Below, in pieces: positions 17,461 to 27,757 of a stretch of 64,000 nucleotides of DNA. Made by a program: the position numbers and the translations under genes. The notes under the pieces are model-generated. The model had not been told where the DNA came from. It saw nothing but the letters and a program-made list of their open reading frames with translations, and did not search any database. Every line of letters starts with the position of its first letter. The stretch's first letter is position 1. This DNA is from a virus (taxonomy: Duplodnaviria; Caudoviricetes), in the IMG/VR virus record IMGVR_UViG_2623621019_000004, positions 5,054 to 69,053 of that record. One strand, written 5' to 3'.

Positions 17461-18306
17461 ATGGCTACGAACTACGATGAACATCCATATGCAAGGACGC
17501 TTCGATTCTTTGAGGCGTATTATCCCTATGACACGGAAGATGTCAACTATGCAGAGTTGATGCTTTCGATGGATAAACTGTCTACCATAGACGAGTTGTT
17601 TACTGTCCGAAATCGAATTATAGACAAACACTTTACTTCAGGTATATATTTACTAAAGATGCCTAAAGACGTTTGCGAACCTTTGGCCATTGGATCAAGA
17701 GATCGTTTCGGTCAGAGTTACCGTAGTATGTCCACATTACATAATAATATAAAAAAGGATGTGTGTGAATATTATAACGCGAATGTTATTCGCCTATTTA
17801 AGGATTCGAAAGAAGTTTCCTATTCTATTTGTGGAGAGTTCATTGTGAATTTGTCGAAGGAGTCTGCCAAATATGAAGAGCAAATAAATGAAATAGTTCA
17901 ATGCGCAAAAGTAGTACACAATATTGATGTTGATTCGCTTTCAAAAGAACTCTATTCACGAAAAAAGAGCCTTCATGAAAAACGGCTTAGATTTGATAAA
18001 TTTGAAAAGGGGATGAACGGCTATGTATCGGCAAAGCAAGATGTACAGGAAGACTTAGATTTTCTTATTGGTTTTAAATGGCGAATGACATCATTCGAAA
18101 AAGAACGTTATTCTATTTTCCTGCCACAGGAAATGCGTAATAATCCAAACAATCAGAAAAAGAAGAATTACACAACTATATGGATTTATGTGATTATAGG
18201 TATAATAATTCTGGTACTTATGATATTATTAGCACCCATAATAGATGTATTATTCCCTTGGCTGGTGGTTTTTGGTTTTATGTTTTGGGTGTTGGGAAAA
18301 TTTTAG
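17461..18306 (+). CDS. Membrane-anchored hypothetical protein
   Basis: C-terminal two TM segments. Confidence 0.75.
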   Translation: MATNYDEHPYARTLRFFEAYYPYDTEDVNYAELMLSMDKLSTIDELFTVRNRIIDKHFTSGIYLLKMPKDVCEPLAIGSRDRFGQSYRSMSTLHNNIKKDVCEYYNANVIRLFKDSKEVSYSICGEFIVNLSKESAKYEEQINEIVQCAKVVHNIDVDSLSKELYSRKKSLHEKRLRFDKFEKGMNGYVSAKQDVQEDLDFLIGFKWRMTSFEKERYSIFLPQEMRNNPNNQKKKNYTTIWIYVIIGIIILVLMILLAPIIDVLFPWLVVFGFMFWVLGKF

Positions 18307-18327
18307 GAAGTGATATAACTAACATAG

Positions 18328-18471
18328 ATGACAATGGCAGATTTCCTAAAAGGCATCTTTTATATAGGTATTTTCATAATTGTAATATGGATTCTTTTAA
18401 GTGTAGATGAATCTATACTTATATTGCTTGGCCTGTTTTTAGGCGCATTGTTATTAAAATGTATGAGGTAA
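18328..18471 (+). CDS. Small two-TM protein (47 aa)
   Basis: Read manually; ends LGALLLKCMR, similar to VGALLLKCWK of 17116-17448. Confidence 0.6.
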   Translation: MTMADFLKGIFYIGIFIIVIWILLSVDESILILLGLFLGALLLKCMR

Positions 18472-18487
18472 CGAATCAGGGGAGCAA

Positions 18488-19042
18488 TTACAGCTCCCCT
18501 TTTTCGTACGCCTTTTTGTACTTGCAGGAGTTACACCTGCTGTAAAGGCAGTCCTGACAGCCCGTAGGATAATGGACTGGTAGATAATGGTGGATGGTGT
18601 TATTCTCAGTCTGCACGTCATCCTGTTTCATGCGTGTGACATCGATAATCATCTTGTTTATCTCAATCCACTCCTTAGAGCCTTTGACTTTCTCGTTCTT
18701 GGCGGTCTGAAGCTCATAGAGCATACCTTCCTTAGACATAGCGGCTTCCACGACCTCGTTAGCGGCTTTGTTGCCAGCATTCTTGATGGCATCCTTCTGA
18801 CGCTGCGAGAGCACGCTCTTAGTCTCGTCTATGCGATTCTGGACATTCTCGTTTTCCATGAGTTTCTCGACCTCTGCCTTGAGTGCTCGCTTGACCCAAG
18901 TAGAACCTTGGTGATATGCCACGATGTAGGCATCGCTTGGCTCCCAGCCGACAGCGAGCAAATCGGCAAATGCCATCTGCTCTGCTGTCAGTTTGAGACT
19001 CTTACACAATTTCGCTGTTTTTGATGATACTTCTATTTCCAT
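18488..19042 (-). CDS. Probable terminase small subunit
   Basis: HTH-like FADLL...DAYIVAY...LMENENVQNRI; co-transcribed with TerL/portal; Cys-rich C-terminus. Confidence 0.6.
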   Translation of the reverse strand: MEIEVSSKTAKLCKSLKLTAEQMAFADLLAVGWEPSDAYIVAYHQGSTWVKRALKAEVEKLMENENVQNRIDETKSVLSQRQKDAIKNAGNKAANEVVEAAMSKEGMLYELQTAKNEKVKGSKEWIEINKMIIDVTRMKQDDVQTENNTIHHYLPVHYPTGCQDCLYSRCNSCKYKKAYEKGEL

Positions 19043-19047
19043 AAGCC

Positions 19048-20751
19048 TTACTCATTATGTTCCTCTCCGTCTTTCCAACCATTGCGGCCCTCATAGTTGC
19101 CATTCTCATCCCAGTTCTCACCAGTCTCGTTTGGTCGGCCAGTCTTACCCTGCCCTTTCTTTCCGTTGGCGGTGTTGATGTCCTGACCCTCGGTCTTGGC
19201 TTTGAGAACCTTGATTTTGTTCTCAGTATCCTGCTTCATCTTTTCGAGAGCGAACTGAGCATCGAGTTTGCGCTTATCCAAGTCCTCCTTCATCACGCGC
19301 TCTATCTCGTCGTTACGAGAGTACTTAGAGATGCGCTCGGATGCAGTCTGATGAGACAGGAAGCCATTCTGCACGGCTGTAGCAAGGTTGGTGATAAGCT
19401 CTGAGTCATTCTGATGGATGTACGGCTCAATCCATGCGTTGATGCAGAGATTCAGCAAAGAGCCTTGGCAGTCCTTCTCGAATCCGTAGGCGAACTTGAC
19501 AAAGTAGATAAGGTCTTCGATGAACGGCTGTAGCTTCTGAGAATCGTGGATTGCCTGCTCAATAGCAGGAGAGAACAGCAGCTTAACAGCCACTCCTGGC
19601 AGGTCGCCCGACTTAAGCTCTGGCGGTTTAACAGAGAACGTCTGCTCATAAATCATATCGTAGAGAATACGAAGCTGGGTATTGAAAGCATTCGATACCT
19701 CGGCCTTTTCGAGGAATCCTGCTGAACCATCTGCGTCCTCAATCTCAATGTACTTTACTGAGCCATTGATATCGTCGGGATGGAATACTACGCCATCGCC
19801 CTTAGACCACATGATTGGGAATGCGTAGGCGCGGTTATTCTCACAGAAGTATGAGAATGCTTCCTCGTAGGTCTCGATTGTCTGCTGGGCAGGCAGGAAG
19901 CATGGGCCTTCGTCCTCACGATAGTAAGCCACTGGGCAACGCTTGAAGCCGTGCTCCTTCTTCTCATAAATCTCATAACCGCCAAGGCCGAAGAACTCCT
20001 TTATCTTCTGTACGACTGCCGACTTGGAGATGCCTCGTTTGGCTCGATACATGTAAGTATCGTCCCAAATCTCGACAAACTCAGAAGAGTAGTTTCCTTC
20101 GTCATCGTAGCCAGCATACTTGCGGGCGAACAGCTCCATCTTACCAGTAATGCTGTTACGGTGTGGATAGAGAGTATCGCCTTTCATATATGACAGCGTA
20201 CGCGCACATGCGTGACCATCTTCATCAAAGTAGAACACGATAGCGGCATCACCTACAATCTTGTAAGAGGTGAACTCGTAGAAATTGTGCTCCATGTTCA
20301 TGTCGAGCCAGCCCTGACGGAACGTGGTGAAATCTTTCTGCTTCTGTAACTCCTCTGCTTCGGTGCCTACCTTACCTGCCAGTTCGAACTGCATGTCGTT
20401 ACCAGTAATGTGGACACGCTGCTTGGTAGCTATAACACGCTGAAAGGCAAATGCTGTACGCACGATGGGCTGGATGTACTCTTTCTTAGACTCAGGGTCA
20501 ACACGTCTCACGTCGGGATACAGAATCGGGTCGTTGATGGCGTGGCCTGACGGATAGTACATACGCAGAAAATCAGCCTGCGTGAGAATGCGCATGATTG
20601 GCTTATCTTCAGGCTCCACGATTTTCTGTCCCCTGAAAACAATACGGTCGCGCTTGCGGCCAACTGTGCGATTGGCCCTGAAGCTTGATGGCAAGACCTC
20701 AAAGAACGGGTCTCGCTGCAAAATCTCTTTGTAATCTAAATTGTTATCCAT
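19048..20751 (-). CDS. Portal protein (SPP1-like)
   Basis: Size, position after TerL, HGFKRCPVAYY and LPGVAVKLLF motifs. Confidence 0.85.
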   Translation of the reverse strand: MDNNLDYKEILQRDPFFEVLPSSFRANRTVGRKRDRIVFRGQKIVEPEDKPIMRILTQADFLRMYYPSGHAINDPILYPDVRRVDPESKKEYIQPIVRTAFAFQRVIATKQRVHITGNDMQFELAGKVGTEAEELQKQKDFTTFRQGWLDMNMEHNFYEFTSYKIVGDAAIVFYFDEDGHACARTLSYMKGDTLYPHRNSITGKMELFARKYAGYDDEGNYSSEFVEIWDDTYMYRAKRGISKSAVVQKIKEFFGLGGYEIYEKKEHGFKRCPVAYYREDEGPCFLPAQQTIETYEEAFSYFCENNRAYAFPIMWSKGDGVVFHPDDINGSVKYIEIEDADGSAGFLEKAEVSNAFNTQLRILYDMIYEQTFSVKPPELKSGDLPGVAVKLLFSPAIEQAIHDSQKLQPFIEDLIYFVKFAYGFEKDCQGSLLNLCINAWIEPYIHQNDSELITNLATAVQNGFLSHQTASERISKYSRNDEIERVMKEDLDKRKLDAQFALEKMKQDTENKIKVLKAKTEGQDINTANGKKGQGKTGRPNETGENWDENGNYEGRNGWKDGEEHNE

Positions 20752-20772
20752 GATTGTTTATTTAAAATGTTA

Positions 20773-22401
20773 CTATACACACCAAGTGTTTTTTGCTTTT
20801 TTGTGCCTCTTCGATTTGAGTCGGAACACGTTTCTGAACAGCAGCGACTCGAAGAAGTCAGGCGAGTGGCCAATGATTTTCTTCATGTCAGCCTTGCAGA
20901 TGATTTGGAATGCCTTACCTTCAGAATCCTTGGTACGTCGGATACACTTGCGCTCCTTCATCAGGATGTCGCGGAGTTTAGTCTTTCCGTAGCCGTGTCC
21001 GTCAAAGGTACGGTCAAGCAGATGTACGTCGATAGACAATGTATTGTCGCGGAACTGCTTGTAAAGCATTACTGCGCACTGGGATTTCAAGTCTTTGTAG
21101 AGCTTCTTGATACCATCTTCCTCGGCTTTGGATGCAGCAATAGGCGATGCCTGGTTGATGAACTTGACAGCTTCAGGGAAGTGTCCCTCAAGAATCTGTC
21201 CGATACCCTGAAAGTCATAGGCGAAATTCTCCTCTGCTACACCCCACTCCGACAGTCTCGCCTTGATTACATTAACATAGGTACGCGAATCAAAGCGGCA
21301 TACATACACATCCTTGATATGGTTCCCTCTCCACAGCCACATTACAGCGTTATCACCACCTTGTAGGGCCACGTCGGCTGTAGCATAGAGAGTATCGTCA
21401 TCTTCTTGGATTGAGTTATCGTAGAAGTTGAGCATGTCATCCATCTTGATTAGGTCATCACCCGCAGAGCGGAATTTCCAGTTACCATCAAGGTCGCGCG
21501 ACTGCTGCTCTTCGTCCTGATTCATCAGGTTACCTACGTATCCTGGGTCTGATTCAAGCAGTTTCTTGTTATCGGCAAGTTTAGCCTCAGTGAAGCACAC
21601 AGATTTTACTGCATACGTTGCTGGTGTCTCACCACCAACAGCGTATTCGGCTTTCCAGTGCTTCATGATGTCCTCTTTACAAAGCTCGAACACCTCTTCA
21701 CGGGTATCTCCCCAAACGATTTCGTTAACCTCGTTGGTCGGCATGTAGCAGTAGCGGATTACACCATCCATCTCAGGGATTGGGAAACCAGTCTCAGGAT
21801 CGAGCCAGCCGCCATTGAACAAGAATGTGGCTACCCATGAATCAGGGTCAGGGTTACATGTTCCCCAAAAGCGCGTACGTATGTGGTATGCGTTTCGGTT
21901 GTCCGTCATCAGATACTTGAACTTTCTGAACGGGCAATGCGTAATCTCGTCGATGCCGATGAATGCGAACTGCTTACCTTGGAATCGCTTCTTGAATGCT
22001 TCCCAGTCACCCTCGTAGTAGTTGAACTTAAGGAAACCACCTGCATTGAAGTTCCAAGTCATATCGTTTTTAGACTTGTTGTACGTGCCGTACTGGGAGA
22101 ATACCTCGTACGATACATCTTCCAAGTCCTCAAGGTCAGGTTTCTCGTTACGGAGAATCACACCTCTGAAGTTCTTGTTTTGGCAATCCTTTACAGCTTC
22201 GAGCAGCAAAGAGTATGACTTGGAACCACCACGGCAACCTCCACCAATGATGATATCAGCAGGAGAAGAAAGCAGATTCTCCTGTCCTCCAAGCTGCGCC
22301 ACAATCTTGTGTGGATTCTTCTCGTCTCGAAGTGTTTGGATGTATTCTTGTGTGTAAACTGGCTCTCCATTTGCCAGTTTTAGCCCTGAAAACTCTTTCA
22401 T
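20773..22401 (-). CDS. Terminase large subunit
   Basis: GGCRGGSKS Walker A, IDEITH Walker B, TCNP, ADVALQGGD nuclease, HSPDFFE. Confidence 0.92.
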   Translation of the reverse strand: MKEFSGLKLANGEPVYTQEYIQTLRDEKNPHKIVAQLGGQENLLSSPADIIIGGGCRGGSKSYSLLLEAVKDCQNKNFRGVILRNEKPDLEDLEDVSYEVFSQYGTYNKSKNDMTWNFNAGGFLKFNYYEGDWEAFKKRFQGKQFAFIGIDEITHCPFRKFKYLMTDNRNAYHIRTRFWGTCNPDPDSWVATFLFNGGWLDPETGFPIPEMDGVIRYCYMPTNEVNEIVWGDTREEVFELCKEDIMKHWKAEYAVGGETPATYAVKSVCFTEAKLADNKKLLESDPGYVGNLMNQDEEQQSRDLDGNWKFRSAGDDLIKMDDMLNFYDNSIQEDDDTLYATADVALQGGDNAVMWLWRGNHIKDVYVCRFDSRTYVNVIKARLSEWGVAEENFAYDFQGIGQILEGHFPEAVKFINQASPIAASKAEEDGIKKLYKDLKSQCAVMLYKQFRDNTLSIDVHLLDRTFDGHGYGKTKLRDILMKERKCIRRTKDSEGKAFQIICKADMKKIIGHSPDFFESLLFRNVFRLKSKRHKKAKNTWCV

Positions 22402-22444
22402 AATGCAAAAATATACAATTTCTTTGCAAAAATACGCAAAAATG

Positions 22445-22476
22445 TTTGGAATATGCAATAAAAATGCATACTTTTG
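22445..22476 (+). promoter_or_regulatory. Bacteroidetes promoter for tRNA/head operon (divergent from TerL promoter)
   Basis: TTTG (22445-22448)-N20-TACTTTTG (22469-22476); opposite-strand TATTTTTG at 22427-22434. Confidence 0.7.
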
Positions 22477-22666
22477 CACTTAATTAGGATTTTGAGTTAG
22501 AGAATTTGCATTTTTATTCATATTTTGAGTTAGGGTTAATACTTTGTCATCTCTTTATGTTGTGATAACATTATGACTTTTATTATTTTTACTTTGTTCA
22601 TACGATAAGTTAGAGTAGATTTTAATTTTTGTTTTCATTGTACTGCCCTGAAGCGTCGGGGCACTT

Positions 22667-22742
22667 GCGGAAATAGCTCAGTTGGTAGAGCGTCGGTCTC
22701 CAAAACCGAATGTCGGGGGTTCAAGTCCTTCTTTCCGCGCCA
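22667..22742 (+). tRNA. tRNA-Trp (CCA)
   Basis: GCGGAAA/TTTCCGC acceptor, D arm, anticodon loop CTCCAAA, GGTTCAAGT T loop, encoded 3' CCA. Confidence 0.95.
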
Positions 22743-22792
22743 TAGGCAAAAGGATTGCCTTTTCAGGATAACGTTAAACTATAAATTTCATC

Positions 22793-23503
22793 ATGGAAAG
22801 AGAAGAACTCTTACAAGAAGTACAAACTGTGATCGAAGGTGAGGGAAAGAATCTGTCACCATCAATCAGCGAAGAGACTATCAATGCGGAACTCGATGAC
22901 GAGTTGGAGAACATCAACGATGATGACGATGACGAGACCAAGCAGATCATTTATCGTCATATCGCAAAGCGTTTGATGCGTATCGATGGCAACATCCACT
23001 CGAATGTAAGCCGCGAGGTTAAGGATTTCAAGGCAAAGTATGCCTCTAAGAATCCAAAGCCAACAACCAAGCCTACTCAGGAAGATGGCAACGAAAGCGA
23101 AGAGCTGAAGATTTTGCGTAGCCTGACTAAGCGCATGGATGACATTGAACAGTCTCGCGCGGACAAAGCAAAGGCAGATGCGAAGAACGCAGCTGTTGAG
23201 TCCGTTAAGAAGGGCCTCCGTAGTCTGTTCAAGGAGGCTAAGGTCGAGGTTAACGAGTACATCTATCGTCAGACCCTTCGAGACCTTGAGGTTCCCGAAG
23301 TAGAAGATGGCAGAGGTGTCGATACTGAGGGCCTTATAAAGAAAATGGAACGCGCCTACTATCGCAACCTGAAAGAAGCAGGTCTCGATAAGAAGGATAC
23401 CGCAAAGCCCCATGCTGGCAACAGAGGTGGCAGCGGTGGTGGCCAGCCATCAAAGCTTGACCTTGCGTTCAGGAAACATCACCCAGACTGGGCGAAGAAG
23501 TAA
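22793..23503 (+). CDS. Probable capsid scaffolding protein
   Basis: Charged, coiled-coil-like; upstream of decoration/capsid genes. Confidence 0.6.
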   Translation: MEREELLQEVQTVIEGEGKNLSPSISEETINAELDDELENINDDDDDETKQIIYRHIAKRLMRIDGNIHSNVSREVKDFKAKYASKNPKPTTKPTQEDGNESEELKILRSLTKRMDDIEQSRADKAKADAKNAAVESVKKGLRSLFKEAKVEVNEYIYRQTLRDLEVPEVEDGRGVDTEGLIKKMERAYYRNLKEAGLDKKDTAKPHAGNRGGSGGGQPSKLDLAFRKHHPDWAKK

Positions 23504-23538
23504 CTTTTAATGTTTAATTTTTAAATTCAGTACAATCT

Positions 23539-23994
23539 ATGACTCAGCTTTCAACTGGTAACACTTTTGACTCGAAGGAGTTCAAGGTGGGTCACGCCAA
23601 AAAGGTGTGGCGACGCACTGAGAAGCCCATGGCTGGTGGCTTCTTGGTAAAGAATGTGGCTGACTTCGTGACTGAGAAGGGCATCCGTAGTGGTATGGCC
23701 ATTGTCAAGGACACCTCTGAGGGTGCCGATGACAAGGATGTCAAGGTCTTGAAGTGGGCTGATATTACTGCTGCAATTGCTGGTGATGGTATCGATTCGC
23801 TCGGTATCATTGGTTTCTTGCTTGAGGACATCCCCGTCGCAAGCGCAGATACCGTTGCCACTGCAACCGTAATCGACAAGGGAGAAATTTATGGCTACAT
23901 GCTCGGTAATACACCTGCTGTTGCTACTGCTGTCGCAAATGCCGTAAAGGGCATGACACAGAAGAACGGCATGAACATTACTGTTGTCGACTAA
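23539..23994 (+). CDS. Probable head decoration protein
   Basis: Size and position directly before the major capsid gene. Confidence 0.55.
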   Translation: MTQLSTGNTFDSKEFKVGHAKKVWRRTEKPMAGGFLVKNVADFVTEKGIRSGMAIVKDTSEGADDKDVKVLKWADITAAIAGDGIDSLGIIGFLLEDIPVASADTVATATVIDKGEIYGYMLGNTPAVATAVANAVKGMTQKNGMNITVVD

Positions 23995-24028
23995 GCCAAG
24001 TGTTTAATTAAAAATGTAAAGAAAGGAT

Positions 24029-25258
24029 ATGAAAACAGTTCCAGTAACTTTGCGCGACATGATTGAGCTTGGTATGTATGGTGAGAACTGGCAGACCTTC
24101 ATCGACAAGTACGATGAGCGTTTCAATGCTATCACCATCGACGGATTCTCATTCGCGCCTATTAGCCTGAGCTATCAGTTCCAGCAGATGCTTGCCAAGG
24201 TGCATGCAACCGTGCTGCCAACTTACGTCGATCCCGATTCTGAGGGTTACGAGATGCCTCTCGGCTCTATTGAGGGAAAGACTGGCAATATCCCTACGCA
24301 GAAGCTTTTCTACTCTGTTAACCGCAATACTGTGCGTGAGCAGATGCAGTTGGCCCAGCGTTTCGGTGAGCTTGCCCTCGATGATGAGATGGCAGACGTT
24401 ATGTACGGCCTCCTTGACGAGGGTACAAATGGTCTCTATCAGGCATTCGTAAACGCTCTGAACCACCAGCGTCATCAGGTGGTATCTACAGGTAAGTTCA
24501 CAATCAACGCCACCAACAACCCACGCGGTATCAAGGGTGTAACCATCGGCTTCAATATGCCTGATGCTAACCACGACATTCTGACTGGTGAGCAGCGTTG
24601 GTGGACTGATGCTGACCGTGAGGTTGAGGGTAAGGCCGCTGACCCACTGGTTTATCTGAAGAACCGCGTTAAGCACATCCGTCGTGTTCTGCACTACTCA
24701 GGCCCTCTGAGAATGGAGATTTCTCAGGATTTGTGGGACGATATGCTCGGCCACAGCAAGGTTCAGAACAAGGTTGGTAACTTCGTTTACCGCAATGTAA
24801 GCAGCGATGCTGTCCGTTCTGACCTGATTGAGTTCGACGTTGACGAGGTTTACAAGGAGGCTATCCGCAAGATGATTAAGGTCGACGAGATTGTTGTACG
24901 TGAGACTTACTCATTCGTTTGTAAGCCTGGCGTTGACGAGAACGGCGAGCCTGACCTGATTGAGGAGCGCATCGACAACTTCGACCCCTGCAACATTGCA
25001 TTCATCCCAACTGGTAAGCTGGGTGATATTCAGGGTGTTCAGCCTCTGTCTATGGGTTATGATGCTGACAAGGTAGCTTATGCTATGTCTAATCGTCTGC
25101 TGGTTGAGCAGGAGGATATTCCTCGTACACACTCAATCAACGTGAACGGTGAGATGTCTCAGCTCTGTGTGCCCAACGCAATCCGTCACATGTTTATCAG
25201 CACCGTAGCCGTAAAGCCTAAGCAGGAGGCTGCTGGTAAGACTACTAAGAAGGGATAA
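24029..25258 (+). CDS. Major capsid protein
   Basis: 409 aa, strongly biased codons, position, lambda-E-like layout. Confidence 0.8.
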   Translation: MKTVPVTLRDMIELGMYGENWQTFIDKYDERFNAITIDGFSFAPISLSYQFQQMLAKVHATVLPTYVDPDSEGYEMPLGSIEGKTGNIPTQKLFYSVNRNTVREQMQLAQRFGELALDDEMADVMYGLLDEGTNGLYQAFVNALNHQRHQVVSTGKFTINATNNPRGIKGVTIGFNMPDANHDILTGEQRWWTDADREVEGKAADPLVYLKNRVKHIRRVLHYSGPLRMEISQDLWDDMLGHSKVQNKVGNFVYRNVSSDAVRSDLIEFDVDEVYKEAIRKMIKVDEIVVRETYSFVCKPGVDENGEPDLIEERIDNFDPCNIAFIPTGKLGDIQGVQPLSMGYDADKVAYAMSNRLLVEQEDIPRTHSINVNGEMSQLCVPNAIRHMFISTVAVKPKQEAAGKTTKKG

Positions 25259-25279
25259 ACTCCGTAGTGTCATCTAAGC

Positions 25280-25714
25280 ATGGATATGAGTAATGATACA
25301 GCAAAAGTTCGCACGGTCGAGGATTGGCTCTTCGGCTGTGTGAACCATGCCGTTCCTGAAGAGACTGTCTGCCAAATTGCAGATGACCGCAATATTCCCT
25401 TGAATGCAGCATCTAAAGATGTCAACAAGAATACCTTGCGTCTGTTGAAAGCCGACCTGCTCAAGTGGATTGTGCTTGGCCCAAGCAAGGTTAACGACAC
25501 CAAGGATTCGGATAACGGATGGAGCCATTCTGGTGGCGGCTATACTCTCGATAAGAACGACAAGAAGCTGCTCATGAAAGAGGCCAACGACATCTACGAA
25601 GAGCTGGAGCCTGAGAGTGTTTTCGGTAAGACAAGGATTCGTATGCGCTCTGCTGGTGTCATGCCGACCTACTACGATGTCGATGGTAACCCAATTCCAA
25701 GAAAACCGCTATGA
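25280..25714 (+). CDS. Probable head-tail adaptor
   Basis: Position after capsid gene. Confidence 0.55.
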   Translation: MDMSNDTAKVRTVEDWLFGCVNHAVPEETVCQIADDRNIPLNAASKDVNKNTLRLLKADLLKWIVLGPSKVNDTKDSDNGWSHSGGGYTLDKNDKKLLMKEANDIYEELEPESVFGKTRIRMRSAGVMPTYYDVDGNPIPRKPL

Positions 25715-26085
25715 GAAAGGTAGTAATCAGCAATCCCCGATATCCGCACTACATCAGGATCGTGCGCTCGGTAGTTAGCGACTGGCTCGACGATGAAGAG
25801 TCTGAGCAGGATTTCATCGTGTATGCAGGCCCAGGTCGCAGTTTTACGGATACAACCACCACTGGCGATAAGATGGTGGATGTGAACAAGCGTAAGTGTT
25901 CTATCCCCGTACGTTTCGATGTTTGGGGAGCGGAAGCAGAATCGGTAAAGCTGGTTCCTATGAGCGGTGATAAAGTCTACGTGATCAAGGGTAACATCCG
26001 TGAAGAGTGGGAAGTTAAGGACTTTGAACCTGACAATGACCGCTCCGTGGTTTATGGTGAAATGAATCGTAATAGCGACATGTAA
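25711..26085 (+). CDS. Probable head closure protein
   Basis: Position and size. Confidence 0.5.
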   Translation: MRKVVISNPRYPHYIRIVRSVVSDWLDDEESEQDFIVYAGPGRSFTDTTTTGDKMVDVNKRKCSIPVRFDVWGAEAESVKLVPMSGDKVYVIKGNIREEWEVKDFEPDNDRSVVYGEMNRNSDM

Positions 26086-26088
26086 GGT

Positions 26089-26643
26089 ATGGCAAGCAGA
26101 AACAGTTTCGAAACAGCATTCAAAAACGTTCAGAAGAAATGCATGAATGCAGCCCAAAGAAAGCTCACAGAGCAGCTGGCAGGCGTTATGTCGGCTCTCC
26201 ACGACTACGTTAGAGACGAGCAGCAGAAGGGTAATTTCGGCGATATGACAGGTAACTGGATTAACTCTTTCGGTGTAGCTGCTTATCGTGACGGACGTTG
26301 TTTCGCTGTGGCCAACATGAGTGGTGAGGAGGATGCTCCTGTTCGTACGACACTGATTGATGGCGACTGGTTCAAGAAAGGTGAGCATCGTTTCGATGGC
26401 AGTACTCAGCAGTACACCTTCGAGATTGATGGTGAGCACTACAAGGGTGCTGCAGACCAAGTATTCTACGATGAAGAGGTGCTGGCATGGCTCAGTCGCT
26501 CTCACACAAGAACCAAGGGTTTCTCCCTGCGAGTAGTAACTGTCACTGAATATCACAAGCGCGAGGCAAAATCAGCGTTGCTGCGTTTGGGTGACGAGAT
26601 CGAGAGTAAAGGCGGTAATATTTGGCATTTTAATTTGGGATAA
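26089..26643 (+). CDS. Probable neck/tail completion protein
   Basis: DMTGNWINS resembles the HK97 gp10-like TGxLxxS motif; position. Confidence 0.5.
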   Translation: MASRNSFETAFKNVQKKCMNAAQRKLTEQLAGVMSALHDYVRDEQQKGNFGDMTGNWINSFGVAAYRDGRCFAVANMSGEEDAPVRTTLIDGDWFKKGEHRFDGSTQQYTFEIDGEHYKGAADQVFYDEEVLAWLSRSHTRTKGFSLRVVTVTEYHKREAKSALLRLGDEIESKGGNIWHFNLG

Positions 26644-26645
26644 CT

Positions 26646-27062
26646 ATGATAGCACCAGAGGATATTAGAACAGCTATGGGTAAGCAGGCAAAGAAAGCCT
26701 GCGAGAAGGTCTTTCCTCAAGACAGACCTAATGCGACAACAGATAAGCTCAAGGAGTTCATTGTTGTGTCGCTTCCCTACTCTTTCGTGAATCGCACACT
26801 TGGCGAGGATGACGATTGGTGGCTCGATGCCACAGTCGTTTATGAGATTTACGTGGCAGACAAGAAAACTGCCGACAATCCAACTCTCGTCGATGACAAG
26901 ACCATGAAGCGATTACGCGAGGCCCTGCTTGCTACATTCCCATTGGTCGACCATAATTTAGGATTTAAGATTGTGCGTCCGCGCATAGTCATTATTTCTT
27001 CAAGTGACGGCAAAGGGTATCATTACACCCGCATTCAGGCCAAGATGACCACAATGGTATAA
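26646..27062 (+). CDS. Probable tail terminator
   Basis: Position before tail tube gene. Confidence 0.5.
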   Translation: MIAPEDIRTAMGKQAKKACEKVFPQDRPNATTDKLKEFIVVSLPYSFVNRTLGEDDDWWLDATVVYEIYVADKKTADNPTLVDDKTMKRLREALLATFPLVDHNLGFKIVRPRIVIISSSDGKGYHYTRIQAKMTTMV

Positions 27063-27101
27063 CAAGTAATTTTTCAATAACAATTTAAATTTAGGATAAC
27101 A

Positions 27102-27677
27102 ATGATGAAGACTAAAGCACAGTTAAAGGACGTATTCAATGGCCCCTCGACCCTGCTGTATCAGGGTGCAGTTCTGAGTGGCAACAAGCTCAACCTCGTT
27201 CCTGAGTACGATGTACCCGTGAAGGTTGATTCTATCGAGTTCGAGCAGGGTGCTCCCTCTCTTGAGCACTACAAGGTTATTGGTATTGCTGGTGACTGGA
27301 TTACAGGTACAGAGGCAGGCGATATCACTGTTAAGTGGCGTGTTCCAACAAAGCATACCGACATTCTGAAGCTGGCTTTCGGTGAGGATGCCGTTAAGAA
27401 TATGACTGTCACCTACGATGGTAGCACCTACGTTGGTAATGGTGTAGTTCTCAAGAACCACAAGATTACTGGTACTTGGGCTGTTCTCAACGAGTCAGGC
27501 GATCAGCTGCTGATTCTGAACAACACTGTCCTGTACGCTTCTATGGTACTGGATGGTGATACCAAGGGTGTTGTAGCCGTTGACTTCAGCGGTACTATCC
27601 AGAGCGATGGCAACAACCCAGACGTTCTGTTCCTGACCAAGCAGGCTGCTTCGAGCGGTTCAAATGCAGGAGCCTAA
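27102..27677 (+). CDS. Major tail (tube) protein
   Basis: Beta-rich, biased codons, followed by terminator and tail chaperone. Confidence 0.7.
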   Translation: MMKTKAQLKDVFNGPSTLLYQGAVLSGNKLNLVPEYDVPVKVDSIEFEQGAPSLEHYKVIGIAGDWITGTEAGDITVKWRVPTKHTDILKLAFGEDAVKNMTVTYDGSTYVGNGVVLKNHKITGTWAVLNESGDQLLILNNTVLYASMVLDGDTKGVVAVDFSGTIQSDGNNPDVLFLTKQAASSGSNAGA

Positions 27678-27710
27678 CGTAGAGTTAAAGAGTGAATAAC
27701 TAAACCTTTT

Positions 27711-27744
27711 GGGGGCGGCGGGCTGTCCGTCTGCCCCTTTTTTA
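27711..27744 (+). terminator. Intrinsic terminator
   Basis: GGGGCGG...CTGCCCC followed by T7. Confidence 0.75.
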
Positions 27745-27757
27745 TTCGCAAATAACA

